A stretch of 64,000 nt of DNA from Thermodesulfovibrionia bacterium (GTDB taxonomy: Bacteria > Nitrospirota > Thermodesulfovibrionia > JACRGW01). How positions within the stretch are numbered: the stretch's first letter is position 1; each line of letters begins with the position of its first letter. Shown here in pieces: positions 27,847 through 38,152 of the stretch. Location of the stretch: NCBI GenBank assembly GCA_919902995.1, contig CAKKSD010000017.1:14424-78423 (forward strand), written 5' to 3'. The notes below the pieces were generated by a model that saw only the letters and a program-made list of their open reading frames with translations, was not told where the DNA came from and searched no databases. The position numbers and the translations under genes were made by a program.

Positions 27847-27946
27847 GAGATTCTTCGCTAACGCTCAGAATGACACAATCGAGGTGGTTAGCACTTATTG
27901 CGTCATTGCGAGGAGTACCGATTTATCGAGACGACGATGCAATCTC
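27847..27946. repeat. Family B hairpin modules
   Basis: gagattcttcgctaacgctcagaatgac and gcgtcattgcgaggagtaccgatttatcgagacgacgatgcaatctc. Confidence 0.75.
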
Positions 27947-28065
27947 AATTTAGATAAAAGATAATCCAATACCTATAAAAAGGCAATAGAATATTTTTTG
28001 GTCAGAACAGGAAATTTTGGTAGGGAGTATTAGAAAATTCGGGGATTAAAATTGCTGAGGTGTTT

Positions 28066-28126
28066 GATGCACGATACATGATAAAAGTTTAAAAATCATG
28101 CATCATGCATCCTGTATCATGGATAC
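28066..28126. repeat. Period-7 stutter / hairpin repeat (tgcatc/tgtatc word family)
   Basis: gatgcacgatacatgat ... atcatgc atcatgc atcctgt atcatgg atac. Confidence 0.65.
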
Positions 28127-28381
28127 TTATAAGGGGGCGTATACGCTGACCCTTGTTCTGTTCCTTCCGTTTTCGAATTTCACAATACCATCAATCTTTG
28201 CATAAAGGGTATCGTCACTACCTCTCCCGACATTCAGACCCGGATGGATTCTTGTTCCTCTCTGTCGAACAAGTATACTTCCTGCACTCACAATTTGACC
28301 TCCGTATCTTTTTACACCAAGCCTCTGGCCTGCGCTGTCCCTTCCGTTTCTTGAACTTCCGACACCTTTCTTATGTGCCAT
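28127..28381 (-). CDS. rpmA: 50S ribosomal protein L27
   Basis: [16 protein letters not shown]... Confidence 0.97.
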   Translation of the reverse strand: MAHKKGVGSSRNGRDSAGQRLGVKRYGGQIVSAGSILVRQRGTRIHPGLNVGRGSDDTLYAKIDGIVKFENGRNRTRVSVYAPL

Positions 28382-28703
28382 ATTTCTTACCTCCTACTTT
28401 AATCTCTTTAACTCTTATTTGGGTAAAAAGCTGTCTGTGTCCCCTTGTTTTCCTGTAGTTTTTTCTCCTCTTCATCTTAAAAACAGTAACCTTATCCGAT
28501 TTTCCATGAGAAACAACCTCAGCAAGAACCTTTGCCTTGTCAAGGGTTGACTTTTCGACCGAAATATCTTTGCCTTCACCTATGGCAAGGACTTTTTGAA
28601 TCTCTACTGTATCGCCTTCCTTGGCATCTAACCTTTCTACCTTGAGGAGATCACCCGGAGCCACTCTATATTGTTTGCCGCCTGTTTCAATAACTGCTAA
28701 CAT
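28371..28703 (-). CDS. rplU: 50S ribosomal protein L21
   Basis: [12 protein letters not shown]... It sits upstream of, and overlaps, rpmA. Confidence 0.95.
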   Translation of the reverse strand: MLAVIETGGKQYRVAPGDLLKVERLDAKEGDTVEIQKVLAIGEGKDISVEKSTLDKAKVLAEVVSHGKSDKVTVFKMKRRKNYRKTRGHRQLFTQIRVKEIKVGGKKYGT

Positions 28704-28766
28704 TTACACCTCCAGATTTTTTTAACATATTCCTTATAAAACTGTCAAGATATTTGGTTTAATTTC

Positions 28767-28844
28767 TGGTGCCCCTGGGGTGACTCGAACACCCGACACA
28801 AGGTTTAGGAAACCTCTGCTCTGTCCAAACTGAGCTACAGGGGC
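28767..28844 (-). tRNA. tRNA-Arg (anticodon CCT), CCA encoded
   Basis: Manual cloverleaf: acceptor GCCCCTG/CAGGGGC, D stem GCTC/GAGC, anticodon arm GAGGT-TTCCTAA-ACCTT, T arm GGGTG-TTCGAGT-CACCC. Confidence 0.9.
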
Positions 28845-28873
28845 ACATAATAAAAGTTGCAAGTTGCAAGTTG

Positions 28874-29389
28874 TTAGTATGTTATCAATGAGAGGACATT
28901 GTATCCATCGAGGTGGTTTCTCCCCCTGAGTTCTGCGAGTTCAACGAGGAAGGCTATACCCACAATTAAACCTCCAAGAAGCTTTACAAGTTCTATAGTA
29001 GCTGAAATAGTTCCACCTGTAGCAAGAAGATCATCGACTAAAAGAACCCTCTGTCCAGGGGTTAATGCATCCTGATGGATGGTGAGGGTATCTGTGCCAT
29101 ACTCAAGTTCATATTTAGCCTCATAGATGTCGCTCGGGAGTTTCCCTGGTTTACGGACAGGCACAAAGCCAGCCCCGAGTCGAAAGGCAACAGGGGCACC
29201 AAGGATAAAACCCCTTGACTCTATACCGATAACCTTCTCTATTCCTTCATCCTGATAGAAAGAGGCAATCTTATCTATCGCCTTCTTGAATGCCTCCGGG
29301 TCTTTTAAAAGTGTAGTTATGTCCTTAAAAATAATACCTTCCTTAGGGAAATTAGGTATATCCCTTATCTTCGATTTCAGATCCAACAT
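28874..29389 (-). CDS. apt: Adenine phosphoribosyltransferase
   Basis: 171 aa with the PRPP motif VLLVDDLLATGGT. Confidence 0.93.
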   Translation of the reverse strand: MLDLKSKIRDIPNFPKEGIIFKDITTLLKDPEAFKKAIDKIASFYQDEGIEKVIGIESRGFILGAPVAFRLGAGFVPVRKPGKLPSDIYEAKYELEYGTDTLTIHQDALTPGQRVLLVDDLLATGGTISATIELVKLLGGLIVGIAFLVELAELRGRNHLDGYNVLSLITY

Positions 29390-29398
29390 ATTTCCCTC

Positions 29399-30382
29399 CT
29401 ATAGTATAGTCTCTGGTTTAACCTTTCTCTTTTTAAGAAGAAATCTCAGTTTATTGAGGGCTGAATATTCTATCTGCCTCACCCTCTCCCTTGTAACGCC
29501 AAAGATCTGACCTACTATCTCGAGTGTCTTTGGCTCTCCGTCTTCAAGTCCAAACCTCAATAATATCACCCTTTTTTCGTTTTCAGAGAGCAGTTGTAAC
29601 CAGTTGACTATCAGCTTATGCCTTTCTAATTCTTCAGTTATTTGAGCAGGAGACTGTGAAGTAAGATCCTCTATGATGTCCTTAAGCGATCCTCCTTCTT
29701 TATCTCCCAGAGGTGTGTCTAAAGAATATATCCTCCTGATTAACTGCTGCAAATCCCTTACCTGTTCAACGGCTGTCTTCATCCTTTCAGCTATCTCCTC
29801 CGCAGTAGGTTCTCTGCCGAATCTCTGTACGAGATCCCTGACAGCCTTGATATAGTTTTTTATAGAGTCAGAGATATGGACAGGTACCCTTATCATGCTT
29901 GACTGGTTTACCAGTGCCCGCTCGATTGCCTGTCTTATCCACCAAGAGGCATAGGTGCTGAATTTATAACCCTTCTCATATTTGAATTTTTCTACTGCTT
30001 TGATTAAACCCAGATTTCCTTCCTCTATTATATCAGGCAGGGGAAGTCCTCTGTTTATATACCTTTTCCCGATACTTACCACGAGTCTCAGGTTAGCCTC
30101 AATCATCCTCTGTTTTGCTTCCTTATCCCCTTCACTTATCCTTTTGCCTATTTCCATCTCTTCCTCTTTAGACAGAAGGGGAGACATCCCTATCTCTTTG
30201 AGATAGAGTTTCAAGGCATCAGGCCCTCCTTCGTAGGAAGCCTTTTCTTCCCCTTCTTCTCCTGAATCAAGTTCAGGTTCTTCATCCAGCCCGCAGGGTC
30301 CTGTGGAAATGTCAATCTCTTCTTCTGATTCAGACCCTGAAGGAGGATTAATAAATTCTTTATCTTCTCTAAATGAAGCCAT
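29399..30382 (-). CDS. Sigma-70 family RNA polymerase sigma factor (group 1/2, RpoD/RpoS-like)
   Basis: Regions 1.2-4 are present ([51 protein letters not shown]), with an acidic N-terminus. Confidence 0.9.
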   Translation of the reverse strand: MASFREDKEFINPPSGSESEEEIDISTGPCGLDEEPELDSGEEGEEKASYEGGPDALKLYLKEIGMSPLLSKEEEMEIGKRISEGDKEAKQRMIEANLRLVVSIGKRYINRGLPLPDIIEEGNLGLIKAVEKFKYEKGYKFSTYASWWIRQAIERALVNQSSMIRVPVHISDSIKNYIKAVRDLVQRFGREPTAEEIAERMKTAVEQVRDLQQLIRRIYSLDTPLGDKEGGSLKDIIEDLTSQSPAQITEELERHKLIVNWLQLLSENEKRVILLRFGLEDGEPKTLEIVGQIFGVTRERVRQIEYSALNKLRFLLKKRKVKPETIL

Positions 30383-30389
30383 AAATTTA

Positions 30390-30851
30390 TCAGACCTCAG
30401 ATAATATTCCGAAGGCTTTCTCCACCGCCTCTTTAGGAGTACTCACCCTGATTATACTTTCATCTAATTCCCATGAGCCGATGCTTATAATCCTTTTATT
30501 AAGAGTAAGCCCAAAGGCTATCTCTGAAAGTGTTCCATAACCCCCTGAAACAGCAATGAGTATATCAGAGGACTTTGCTATTATGATATTCCTTGCATAA
30601 CCAATTCCTGTGACGATAGGGATATCTATATAACGATTTGCCTCATCGGTATTGTCTCCAGGGAGGATTCCTATAGTTATCCCACCTTCCTCCTTAGCAC
30701 CTTTACAGGCAGCCTCCATAACACCTCCGAGACCACCGCAGAGCAGAAGTCCACCTTTTCTGGCTATTTCTCGGCCTACTTCCATAGCTGTTGTAGCAAT
30801 CTCCTTGGAACACTCCCCGGATCCGATTACACCGATAATTGTTCTTCTCAA
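30390..30851 (-). CDS. TIGR00725/LOG-like Rossmann-fold protein
   Basis: 153 aa: IGVIGSG ... [11 protein letters not shown] ... SGGYGTLSE. Confidence 0.7.
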   Translation of the reverse strand: MRRTIIGVIGSGECSKEIATTAMEVGREIARKGGLLLCGGLGGVMEAACKGAKEEGGITIGILPGDNTDEANRYIDIPIVTGIGYARNIIIAKSSDILIAVSGGYGTLSEIAFGLTLNKRIISIGSWELDESIIRVSTPKEAVEKAFGILSEV

Positions 30852-30935
30852 GTCTAACCTCGATTGATAGTTAAATGTTCTAAGTTCGAAGGTATAAGAT
30901 AAAAAATAATCTAACCTCTGGACACTGAATCAATA

Positions 30936-31012
30936 TGGTCGGGGCGAAAGGATTTGAACCTTCGACACCACGGTCCCGAACCGTGTGCGCTACCAGGCTG
31001 CGCTACGCCCCG
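30936..31012 (-). tRNA. tRNA-Pro (anticodon CGG), CCA encoded
   Basis: Manual cloverleaf: acceptor CGGGGCG/CGCCCCG, anticodon arm CACGG-TTCGGGA-CCGTG, T arm GAAGG-TTCAAAT-CCTTT. Confidence 0.9.
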
Positions 31013-31070
31013 TAAATATCACTATAAAATGGTATAGGTATTGATGTCAACAATGAACTTGATTCATAGG

Positions 31071-31466
31071 TTATGCAGGGCCTATGTTTTTTTCATTCTT
31101 CTCTATCAATTTTCTTATCTTATCGAGGAGGCTGTTTTTGATATGATGAGTCTCTATATAATCATCTGCACCGTAGAGTGATACAGGCTCCCTTTTATAC
31201 CTTGTGGCATCGTATGTAGATGCAATAAGAATAACCAGAATTCCTTTCGTTTCATGCATACTTTTGATCCTGTTACAGAGTTCGAAGCTATATATCTTTG
31301 GAATGGCTACATCGAGTAAAACCAAAAAAGGCATTTCCTTCTCAATTCTTGCCATTGCCTCAATGCCATCAGAGGCTGTTACTACTTCATATCCTCCCTC
31401 TTTCAGGATAGCCTCCATGGTTTTTCTGGTAACCTCTCCATTATGGGCAACAAGTATCGTTCTCAT
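31071..31466 (-). CDS. Single-domain response regulator
   Basis: 131 aa with a receiver fold (ILVAHN ... LVLLDVAIP ...). Confidence 0.8.
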   Translation of the reverse strand: MRTILVAHNGEVTRKTMEAILKEGGYEVVTASDGIEAMARIEKEMPFLVLLDVAIPKIYSFELCNRIKSMHETKGILVILIASTYDATRYKREPVSLYGADDYIETHHIKNSLLDKIRKLIEKNEKNIGPA

Positions 31467-31488
31467 ATTGAATTCTCTTGAAACAAGG

Positions 31489-32157
31489 TTAAAGTCTCTT
31501 TGTTATAAGAAATAATTTTATAAGGATAACCCCAGCAAGAAATCCTCCTATGTGTGCGAACCAGGCAACCCCACCGCCACCTCCATACAAGCCTTTACTC
31601 AGGAGTCCGCTTATAAACTGTAATACTATCCAGAAACCTATAACTATGACAGCAGGGACCTTTATTACCTGTATGAAGAATCCAAAAAAGATTAGTGTAT
31701 GAATTTTTGCCCTGGGAAATAAAACAAGGTAGGCACCTATGATTCCTGATATGGCACCACTTGCCCCGATCATAGGCAACATTGAAGATGGATCAGAAAG
31801 GGCATGGGCATAAGTGGCGATCACTCCACAGAGTAGATAAAAGATGATAAATCTTAATATCCCCAATCTGTCCTCAATATTGTTACCGAATATCCAGAGG
31901 TAAAGCATATTCCCTGCTAAGTGGAGAAATCCACCATGAAGGAACATTGCTGTGAGGAGGTTGACTGCAATAGGAGTACCCATTACTTCATTCCCATGTA
32001 AGAGGCGATAAGGAATGACACCATAAGTGTATACAACAGCATTAGAATCATCGCCTGAAGATATCTGAAATAAAAAGACAATGGTGTTTATAACGATTAA
32101 AATTATAGTAATAATAGGAAAACGGATTGTAGGATTATCATCCTTATAGGGAATCAT
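31489..32157 (-). CDS. Rhomboid family intramembrane serine protease
   Basis: Six TM helices, with HGGFLHLAGNM, a GASGAISG catalytic Ser and AHIGGF His. Confidence 0.88.
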   Translation of the reverse strand: MIPYKDDNPTIRFPIITIILIVINTIVFLFQISSGDDSNAVVYTYGVIPYRLLHGNEVMGTPIAVNLLTAMFLHGGFLHLAGNMLYLWIFGNNIEDRLGILRFIIFYLLCGVIATYAHALSDPSSMLPMIGASGAISGIIGAYLVLFPRAKIHTLIFFGFFIQVIKVPAVIVIGFWIVLQFISGLLSKGLYGGGGGVAWFAHIGGFLAGVILIKLFLITKRL

Positions 32158-32169
32158 AAATACTTAACC

Positions 32170-33021
32170 TCAGCCTTTATCCATAAAAAATGAAAGAATC
32201 TTCGTCAGAGTATCTTTGAGGTTTTTCCTTTCAACGATTAAATCTATCATTCCGTGATCAAGTAAGAACTCTGCCCTCTGAAAACCTTCGGGGAGGGTCT
32301 GTTTAATGGTCTGTTCAATAACCCTCGGACCTGCAAAACCTATCAGAGATCTGGGCTCTGCTATTATTATATCCCCCAGCATGCCAAAGCTCGCGGTCAC
32401 ACCACCAAAGGTAGGATCAGTAAGGATAGAGATATAGGGGATTTTTTCCTCTTCCAATCGGGCTATGGCAGCTGCTGACTTTGCCATCTGCATGAGTGAT
32501 AGTATCCCTTCCTGCATTCTTGCCCCGCCTGAAGACGAGACGATAATGAGGGGAATGTTCTTTTCTATAGCCTTTTCTGCTGACCTGAAAATCTTTTCAC
32601 CCACTACCGAGCCCATGCTACCACCCATAAAAGAGAAGTCAAGGACAGCCAGGACTACAGGGTAACCGTTTATTCTGCCCTCTCCTGTAGTCATAGCATC
32701 CTTCTTACCTGTCTTTCTTTCAGATTCCCTGAGCCTATCCCTGTATTTCACGATGTCCTTAAAGTTCAGCGGGTCTTTTGAGGAGATGTTTTTATCCATT
32801 TCTAAGAATGTTCCCTCATCAATGAGTAAGTCTATTCTCTCCTTAGCAGAGATACGGAAATGATAGTTGCATTTGGGGCATACCTTGAGGGACTTTTCTA
32901 CTTCCCTTTTATATACGATTTCCTTGCAATTGTCACACTTGACCCAGGCCCCTTCAGGGATCTTGACCCTTTTAGCAGGTGTCTTTTCTTTCTGGATTTT
33001 ATCTTTTTTAAACCAGGCCAT
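32170..33021 (-). CDS. accD: Acetyl-CoA carboxylase carboxyltransferase beta subunit
   Basis: N-terminal Zn ribbon (CDNCKE...CPKCNYH) followed by a carboxyltransferase domain. Confidence 0.95.
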   Translation of the reverse strand: MAWFKKDKIQKEKTPAKRVKIPEGAWVKCDNCKEIVYKREVEKSLKVCPKCNYHFRISAKERIDLLIDEGTFLEMDKNISSKDPLNFKDIVKYRDRLRESERKTGKKDAMTTGEGRINGYPVVLAVLDFSFMGGSMGSVVGEKIFRSAEKAIEKNIPLIIVSSSGGARMQEGILSLMQMAKSAAAIARLEEEKIPYISILTDPTFGGVTASFGMLGDIIIAEPRSLIGFAGPRVIEQTIKQTLPEGFQRAEFLLDHGMIDLIVERKNLKDTLTKILSFFMDKG

Positions 33022-33032
33022 ACCTTAATCAG

Positions 33033-33893
33033 TTATGAGTTTGGAGTTAAGAGTTTAGAGTTGTGATTTTTTTCAAACTCTGAACTCTGAACTTCCTTTA
33101 TTCCTTCTGATAGGGTTTTCACAAATTCCCCAACCTTATCGACTATGGATGGACTTCCAAGGTTTTCTTCGATAACCCTCACGATGGCGCTACCGATGAT
33201 TATACCATCTGCCCACTCTGAAATCTTCTTAGCTTCCACTGCTGTAGAGATTCCAAAACCTACTGCTATCGGTTTATCAGTGACCTCCCTTATCTTCTCG
33301 AGAGAGTTTTTTATTTGATCTATTCCCTCTATCTTTGCCCCTGTAATTCCTGTGATAGAGACATAATAAATGAAACCCCTCGAGGCATTTGTTATCATAC
33401 TGATCCTCTCAGGGGTGCTCGTTGGTGCTAATAAAAATATTGTATCAAGACCGTTCATTTTTGAGGTCTTTATAAAATCCCTTGCCTCTTCAAAGGGGAG
33501 GTCTGGAATTATAACTCCATCTACTCCAGATGTTACGGCATCCTTTATGAAGTCCTCATCACCATGTTTAAATATGGGGTTGTAATATGTCATAAGGACC
33601 AGGGGGATCGTTGTCTTCTCCCTAATCCTTTTAACAAGATCGAGGATATTTTTTAATGTTACCTTATTCTTTAATGCCCTGTAGTGTGCCTTCTGGATAA
33701 CTGGACCATCGGCAAGGGGATCAGTAAAAGGGACTCCGAGTTCGATTATATCTCCTCCCGACCTTTCTATCTCGAGAATCAGCTCTTCTGTTGTCTTAAT
33801 ATCAGGGTCACCTGCCATGATATAGGGGATAAGAGCCTTCTTATCTTTCTTTTTAAGTCTTATAAATGTTTTCGTTATCTTTGATCTTTTCAT
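33033..33893 (-). CDS. trpA: Tryptophan synthase alpha chain, with a repeat-encoded C-terminal tail
   Basis: ELGVPFTDPLADGPVIQ and GFGIS motifs. The last ~19 codons (VQSSEFEKNHNSKLLTPNS) lie in the stutter repeat at 33036..33092. Confidence 0.93.
   Translation of the reverse strand: MKRSKITKTFIRLKKKDKKALIPYIMAGDPDIKTTEELILEIERSGGDIIELGVPFTDPLADGPVIQKAHYRALKNKVTLKNILDLVKRIREKTTIPLVLMTYYNPIFKHGDEDFIKDAVTSGVDGVIIPDLPFEEARDFIKTSKMNGLDTIFLLAPTSTPERISMITNASRGFIYYVSITGITGAKIEGIDQIKNSLEKIREVTDKPIAVGFGISTAVEAKKISEWADGIIIGSAIVRVIEENLGSPSIVDKVGEFVKTLSEGIKEVQSSEFEKNHNSKLLTPNS
33036..33092. repeat. Period-7 stutter repeat with hairpin (gagtttg family)
   Basis: gagtttg gagttaa gagttta gagttg tgattttttt caaactc tgaactc tgaac. 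Confidence 0.7.
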
Positions 33894-33933
33894 GTTTTGA
33901 GTTTTGAACTTTGGACTTTTAACTTTGAACTTT
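33894..33933. repeat. Period-7 stutter repeat filling the trpB-trpA spacer
   Basis: gttttga gttttga actttgg actttta actttga acttttc. Confidence 0.75.
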
Positions 33934-35124
33934 TCATAGCTCTATCCCCTTAATCTTAGCCACATGCTGGACATCCTTATCCCCCCTGCCTGATAGGTTT
34001 ATGATGATTATATTGTCCTTCGGGAGTTTAGGGGAGAGTTTTATTACCTCGGCAATTGCATGGGCTGATTCAAGGGCAGGAGTAATCCCTTCTATTTCAC
34101 TCAAAAGCTCGAAGGCTCGAAGCGCCTCATCATCTGTTACAGAGCTATACTCGATACGGCCTTCATCTCTCAGATAGCAATGTTCCGGACCCACAGAGGC
34201 ATAATCGAGCCCTGCAGAGACAGAATGCGTTGGAAGGACATTTCCATCACTATCCTGAAGGAGATAGCTCTTTGTCCCCTGGAATACTCCCAATGAACCA
34301 CCTGCAAAACGGGCAGCGTGCTTGCCTGTCTCTATCCCGAGCCCTCCAGCCTCAACGCCTATCATCTTAATATCCTTATCTTCGAGGAACTCATGGAAAA
34401 GACCTATGGAATTACTTCCTCCGCCTACGCAGGCGACAAGATAATCCGGCAGGCGGCCTTCTGCCTTTAATATTTGTGTCCTTGTTTCCTTACCTATTAC
34501 CGACTGAAAATCTCTGACCATCAAAGGGTAGGGATGGGGACCAAAAACAGTCCCCATGACATAATGGGTAGTCCTTACATTAGTCGTCCAATCTCTAAGG
34601 GCCTCATTAATCGCATCTTTGAGCGTCCTTGAACCGATGGAAACTTCTATAACCTTTGCACTGAGGAGTTTCATCCTAAAGACATTCAGTGCCTGTCTCT
34701 CCATGTCCTCACTTCCCATATATATCTCACACTCAAGACCTATAAGGGCCGCACCTGTTGCTGTAGCTACTCCGTGCTGACCTGCTCCAGTTTCAGCTAT
34801 AACACGTTTTTTACCCATTCTCTTTGCAAGAAGTGCCTGGGCAAGGGCGTTATTGATCTTGTGCGCACCTGTGTGGCAGAGGTCTTCTCTCTTGAGATAT
34901 ATCTTAGCACCCCCTAATCTCTCTGTTAATCTTTTTGCGAAATAAAGAGGGGTAGGTCTTCCGATATATGTCTTCTGAAGATTGAGGAGTTCATTCTGGA
35001 AGAGGGCATCCTTCTTTGAGTTTTTATATGCCTCTTCGAGTTCTTCGAGGGCAGGCATTAAGGTCTCAGGGACGAACTTACCCCCGTAGGGGCCGAAGTG
35101 ACCCTTTTTATCAGGTAATCTCAT
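33934..35124 (-). CDS. trpB: Tryptophan synthase beta chain (TrpB1)
   Basis: 396 aa with HTGAHKINN (PLP Lys) and GGGSNSIG motifs. Confidence 0.96.
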   Translation of the reverse strand: MRLPDKKGHFGPYGGKFVPETLMPALEELEEAYKNSKKDALFQNELLNLQKTYIGRPTPLYFAKRLTERLGGAKIYLKREDLCHTGAHKINNALAQALLAKRMGKKRVIAETGAGQHGVATATGAALIGLECEIYMGSEDMERQALNVFRMKLLSAKVIEVSIGSRTLKDAINEALRDWTTNVRTTHYVMGTVFGPHPYPLMVRDFQSVIGKETRTQILKAEGRLPDYLVACVGGGSNSIGLFHEFLEDKDIKMIGVEAGGLGIETGKHAARFAGGSLGVFQGTKSYLLQDSDGNVLPTHSVSAGLDYASVGPEHCYLRDEGRIEYSSVTDDEALRAFELLSEIEGITPALESAHAIAEVIKLSPKLPKDNIIIINLSGRGDKDVQHVAKIKGIEL

Positions 35125-35771
35125 ATCTCTTTTCTCTTCTTTGATTCTATACGCCAGAGACCTTTTGCTACTTCTATGAAGAGTCTCATCTTGGCATGGT
35201 CTTTTCTGCGTTTGTTTCCTTCCATCTCGATGCCAGAACTTACATCAACGGCATAGGGCATGACATGTTTTACAGCCATCTCCACATTGTCAGGGTTAAG
35301 ACCTCCTGCAAGGATTATCCTTCCTAACCTTTTTGCCTCACGTGCTATATCCCAGTTAAAGACCTGTCCTGTACCTCCGAGTTTATCTTCTGTGTAGGTA
35401 TCGAGTAAATATGCAGAGACCCTGTATTTAGCGATCGGCTCAAGGCTGTCCCAGTCCCTTATCCGGAAGGACTTTATTACACGGCATCTGAGAGAATTAC
35501 AGATCTCCTGTGATTCATTACCGTGAAGCTGGATGATATTCAGGCTGCAGTGATCAGCTATTCTTTCAATCTCCTGAATTGGCTCATCTGCGAAGACGCC
35601 GACAGTTGTAATAAAAGGAGGCAATTTTTCTATTATCTCTTTAGCCTCTTTAATTTCGAGATCCCTTGGGCTTTTCTTGTAGAATACAAATCCGAGGGCA
35701 TCCGCACCAAACTCTATAGCAGCAAAGGCGTCTTCAATATTGGTTATACCGCAGATCTTGACTTTAACCAT
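35121..35771 (-). CDS. trpF: Phosphoribosylanthranilate isomerase
   Basis: VKICGIT and GFVF motifs. It overlaps trpB by 4 nt. Confidence 0.92.
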   Translation of the reverse strand: MVKVKICGITNIEDAFAAIEFGADALGFVFYKKSPRDLEIKEAKEIIEKLPPFITTVGVFADEPIQEIERIADHCSLNIIQLHGNESQEICNSLRCRVIKSFRIRDWDSLEPIAKYRVSAYLLDTYTEDKLGGTGQVFNWDIAREAKRLGRIILAGGLNPDNVEMAVKHVMPYAVDVSSGIEMEGNKRRKDHAKMRLFIEVAKGLWRIESKKRKEI

Positions 35772-35836
35772 GATTCACGATTTATGATGCATGATACCTG
35801 AAAATCCTGTATCTTGTATCATGCATCTTGCATCCT
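35772..35836. repeat. Period-7 stutter / hairpin repeat filling the trpB2-trpF spacer
   Basis: A 12-bp stem (gatgcatgatac / gtatcatgcatc) sits among the units tgtatct tgtatca tgcatct tgcatcc. Confidence 0.75.
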
Positions 35837-35840
35837 TCAA

Positions 35841-37193
35841 TTAAATCACCGGCAGTCTTGCCAGCGCCTCCTTTATCTTAGTTTCAGGATATTTAAAATC
35901 CTCGAGCTTCCCTGACTGATAGGCCTCATAGGCGCCAAGATCAAGAAGTCCATGTCCGCTCATATTAAAGAAGATCGTCTTCTGTTCCTTTGCCTCCCTG
36001 CATTTTATGGCTTCATCAATTACTGCCCTGATCGCATGGGCTGTCTCCGGTGCGGGGATTATGCCTTCAGCCCTCGCGAATGTTATTGCTGCCTCAAAGA
36101 CAGGGAGTTGGGAATATGCCTTTGCCTCTATGATCCCGTCATTGTAGAGCTGGCATATGATCGGCGCATCACCATGATACCTTAACCCACCTGCATGGAT
36201 AGGAGGGGGAATGAAATCATGCCCCAATGTATACATCATAAGAAGCGGAGTGAGCTGGGCAGTATCTCCGAAGTCATACCTGAACTCCCCTTTCGTGAGT
36301 GTCGGGCATGATTCTGGCTCTACTGCAATAACCCTTAAATCCTTTCCATTGATCTTATCTCTTACAAATGGAAAACTTACACCACTGAGGTTACTCCCTC
36401 CACCGCAGCATCCGATGATCACATTAGGATAATCACCGATTTTTTCGAACTGCATTTGTGCCTCAAGCCCAATTATGGTCTGGTGGAGAAGAACATGGTT
36501 TAAAACAGATCCGAGGGAGTAGTTTGTATCAGTATGGGTAGCTGCATCTTCAACGCCCTCGCTAATTGCAAGACCAAGACTCCCGGGATTATCCGGATAT
36601 ACCTCGAGGGCCTTTCTCCCTGCATTAGTCTCATTGCTCGGGCTTGGCAGAACCCTTGCCCCCCAGGTCTCCATTGCTATCCGTCTATATGGTTTCTGAT
36701 TATAACTTACCTTTACCATATATACCGTAACATCAAGCCCGAAAAGGGCACCTGCCAGTGCAAGGGCGCTTCCCCACTGACCTGCTCCTGTCTCTGTTGC
36801 TATCCTCTTCATGCCAGCCTTCTTATTGTAATAGGCCTGGGCAACAGCGGTATTAGGTTTGTGGCTTCCTGCAGGGCTTATCCCCTCGTCCTTATAATAG
36901 ATCTTCGCAGGGGTTTTGAGGACTTCCTCTAATCTTCTCGCCCTGTGAAGGGGTGTTGGCCTCCATAGCGAATAGATCTTGATCACATCTTCAGGTATCT
37001 CAATAAATCTCTCCATACTCACTTCCTGCTCAATCAATGCCATCGGAAATATGGGAGTGAGGGCATCAGGTCCGATTGGTTCTTTTGTGGCTGGATTGAG
37101 TGGCGGCTTCGGAGGATTCGGCATATCAGGCAGAATATTGTACCACTTCTTCGGTATTTCCTTTTCAGGGAGTACTACTTTCATCACTTCCAT
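35841..37193 (-). CDS. trpB2: TrpB2-type tryptophan synthase beta-like protein
   Basis: 450 aa with the long N-terminal extension ([20 protein letters not shown]) and SHKPNT PLP-Lys motif typical of the TrpB2 clade. Confidence 0.88.
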   Translation of the reverse strand: MEVMKVVLPEKEIPKKWYNILPDMPNPPKPPLNPATKEPIGPDALTPIFPMALIEQEVSMERFIEIPEDVIKIYSLWRPTPLHRARRLEEVLKTPAKIYYKDEGISPAGSHKPNTAVAQAYYNKKAGMKRIATETGAGQWGSALALAGALFGLDVTVYMVKVSYNQKPYRRIAMETWGARVLPSPSNETNAGRKALEVYPDNPGSLGLAISEGVEDAATHTDTNYSLGSVLNHVLLHQTIIGLEAQMQFEKIGDYPNVIIGCCGGGSNLSGVSFPFVRDKINGKDLRVIAVEPESCPTLTKGEFRYDFGDTAQLTPLLMMYTLGHDFIPPPIHAGGLRYHGDAPIICQLYNDGIIEAKAYSQLPVFEAAITFARAEGIIPAPETAHAIRAVIDEAIKCREAKEQKTIFFNMSGHGLLDLGAYEAYQSGKLEDFKYPETKIKEALARLPVI

Positions 37194-37209
37194 AGGGACC
37201 TCCTTTTAG

Positions 37210-37300
37210 GAAGTAGTTAAGTAGTTAGTAGCAAGTAGTTAAGGATAAAAAATAAATTATTTTCCCCTAACTACTGACTACTTTCTACTTGCTACTATTT
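37210..37300. repeat. Period-7/8 stutter repeat forming a long imperfect hairpin (trpC-trpB2 spacer)
   Basis: agtagtta agtagtt agtagca agtagtt aagg ... cctaactact gactact ttctact tgctact. Confidence 0.75.
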
Positions 37301-38103
37301 TTTAACAGTTCCTCGACCTTCTTACCTATATCCTTTGCTTCCATAAATGCTGTTCCAATTAGGATAGCATCCACCCTTTCTTTTTCAAGCCTCTCCACAT
37401 CACCCCTTTCTTTTATACCACTTTCACTAACAACTATCTTCTCCTCAGGTATATCCTTTATAATATTAAAGGTTGTTTCTATATCAACCTTTAATGTATC
37501 GAGGCTCCTGTTATTAATCCCTATAATCTCTGCATCTACCGTAAGGGACTTTTCAAGGTCCTGCAGGTTGTGTACCTCAACAAGAGAATCCATGCCGAGT
37601 TCTGCTGCCAGACCCATAAAATCTTCTGTCTGTGACCTTTCGAGAATAGACGCTATCAAAAGGATCGCATCTGCCCCATGTAACCTTGACTCAAAGATCT
37701 GGTATGTGTCAAAGATGAAATCCTTTCTGAGAATGGGGAGGGAAACCTTCTTCCTTACAGTCCTCAGGTCTGAAAGACTCCCGTAAAAGAAATCGCTCTC
37801 AGTAAGAACAGAGATAGCAGATGCTCCCTTTTCTTCATAGGTCAATGCAATTCTTTCAGGATCAAAATCCTCCATGATGATACCTTTTGATGGTGATCCC
37901 TTTTTTATCTCTGCAATAAGTTTTAAAGCCTCACCCTTCTTTCTCTTAATTGCTTTCTTAAAATCTCTGGTTTCAGAGAGGTCTTTTACCTTTTCCTTAA
38001 TATCACTCAGCGGGATTTCTATTTTGACCTCCTTTAACTTCTCCCTTTTCCTTTTTACTATTTCGTCGAGAATCATGGTCATTTTAAAATTACCATTTAG
38101 CAT
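37285..38103 (-). CDS. trpC: Indole-3-glycerol phosphate synthase
   Basis: ILDEIV, AEIKKGSPSKG and NNRSL motifs. The true start may be the internal ATG at 38082 or 38076. Confidence 0.92.
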   Translation of the reverse strand: MLNGNFKMTMILDEIVKRKREKLKEVKIEIPLSDIKEKVKDLSETRDFKKAIKRKKGEALKLIAEIKKGSPSKGIIMEDFDPERIALTYEEKGASAISVLTESDFFYGSLSDLRTVRKKVSLPILRKDFIFDTYQIFESRLHGADAILLIASILERSQTEDFMGLAAELGMDSLVEVHNLQDLEKSLTVDAEIIGINNRSLDTLKVDIETTFNIIKDIPEEKIVVSESGIKERGDVERLEKERVDAILIGTAFMEAKDIGKKVEELLKNSSK

Positions 38104-38150
38104 TGCACATTTTAAATTTTAAATGCTAATTGCTAATTTTGCATTAAATG
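38104..38150. repeat. Period-7 stutter repeat filling the trpD-trpC spacer
   Basis: acatttt aaatttt aaatgct aattgct aattttg. Confidence 0.7.
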
Positions 38151-38152
38151 TT

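Noticed and set aside
28704-28766. Sigma-70 promoter for rplU (TTGACA at 28743..28748 on the minus strand)
   Set aside because: At 17-nt spacing the only -10 candidate is TTAAAA, which is too weak to report as a feature.
37261-37295. TRAP (mtrB) binding site hypothesis: the mRNA sense reads UAGUAGcaagUAGaaagUAGucagUAGuUAG
   Set aside because: The spacing is period 7, not the 2-3 nt spacers of TRAP sites. The tract lies at the trpC 3' end rather than in a leader. No mtrB-like gene is visible, and the same stutter architecture occurs with unrelated unit sequences.
37289-37786. 165-aa plus-strand ORF, and similar antisense ORFs at 41133..41636, 23339..23692, 17213..17671 and 36534..36932
   Set aside because: All lie opposite well-supported genes (trpC, the R-M nuclease candidate, proA, the hybrid kinase, trpB2) and have Ser/Leu/Ile-rich antisense composition.
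28066-38150. CRISPR array hypothesis for the short tandem repeats
   Set aside because: The units are only 7-8 nt, directly adjacent and degenerate, with no 25-40 nt unique spacers. No cas genes are present in the window.
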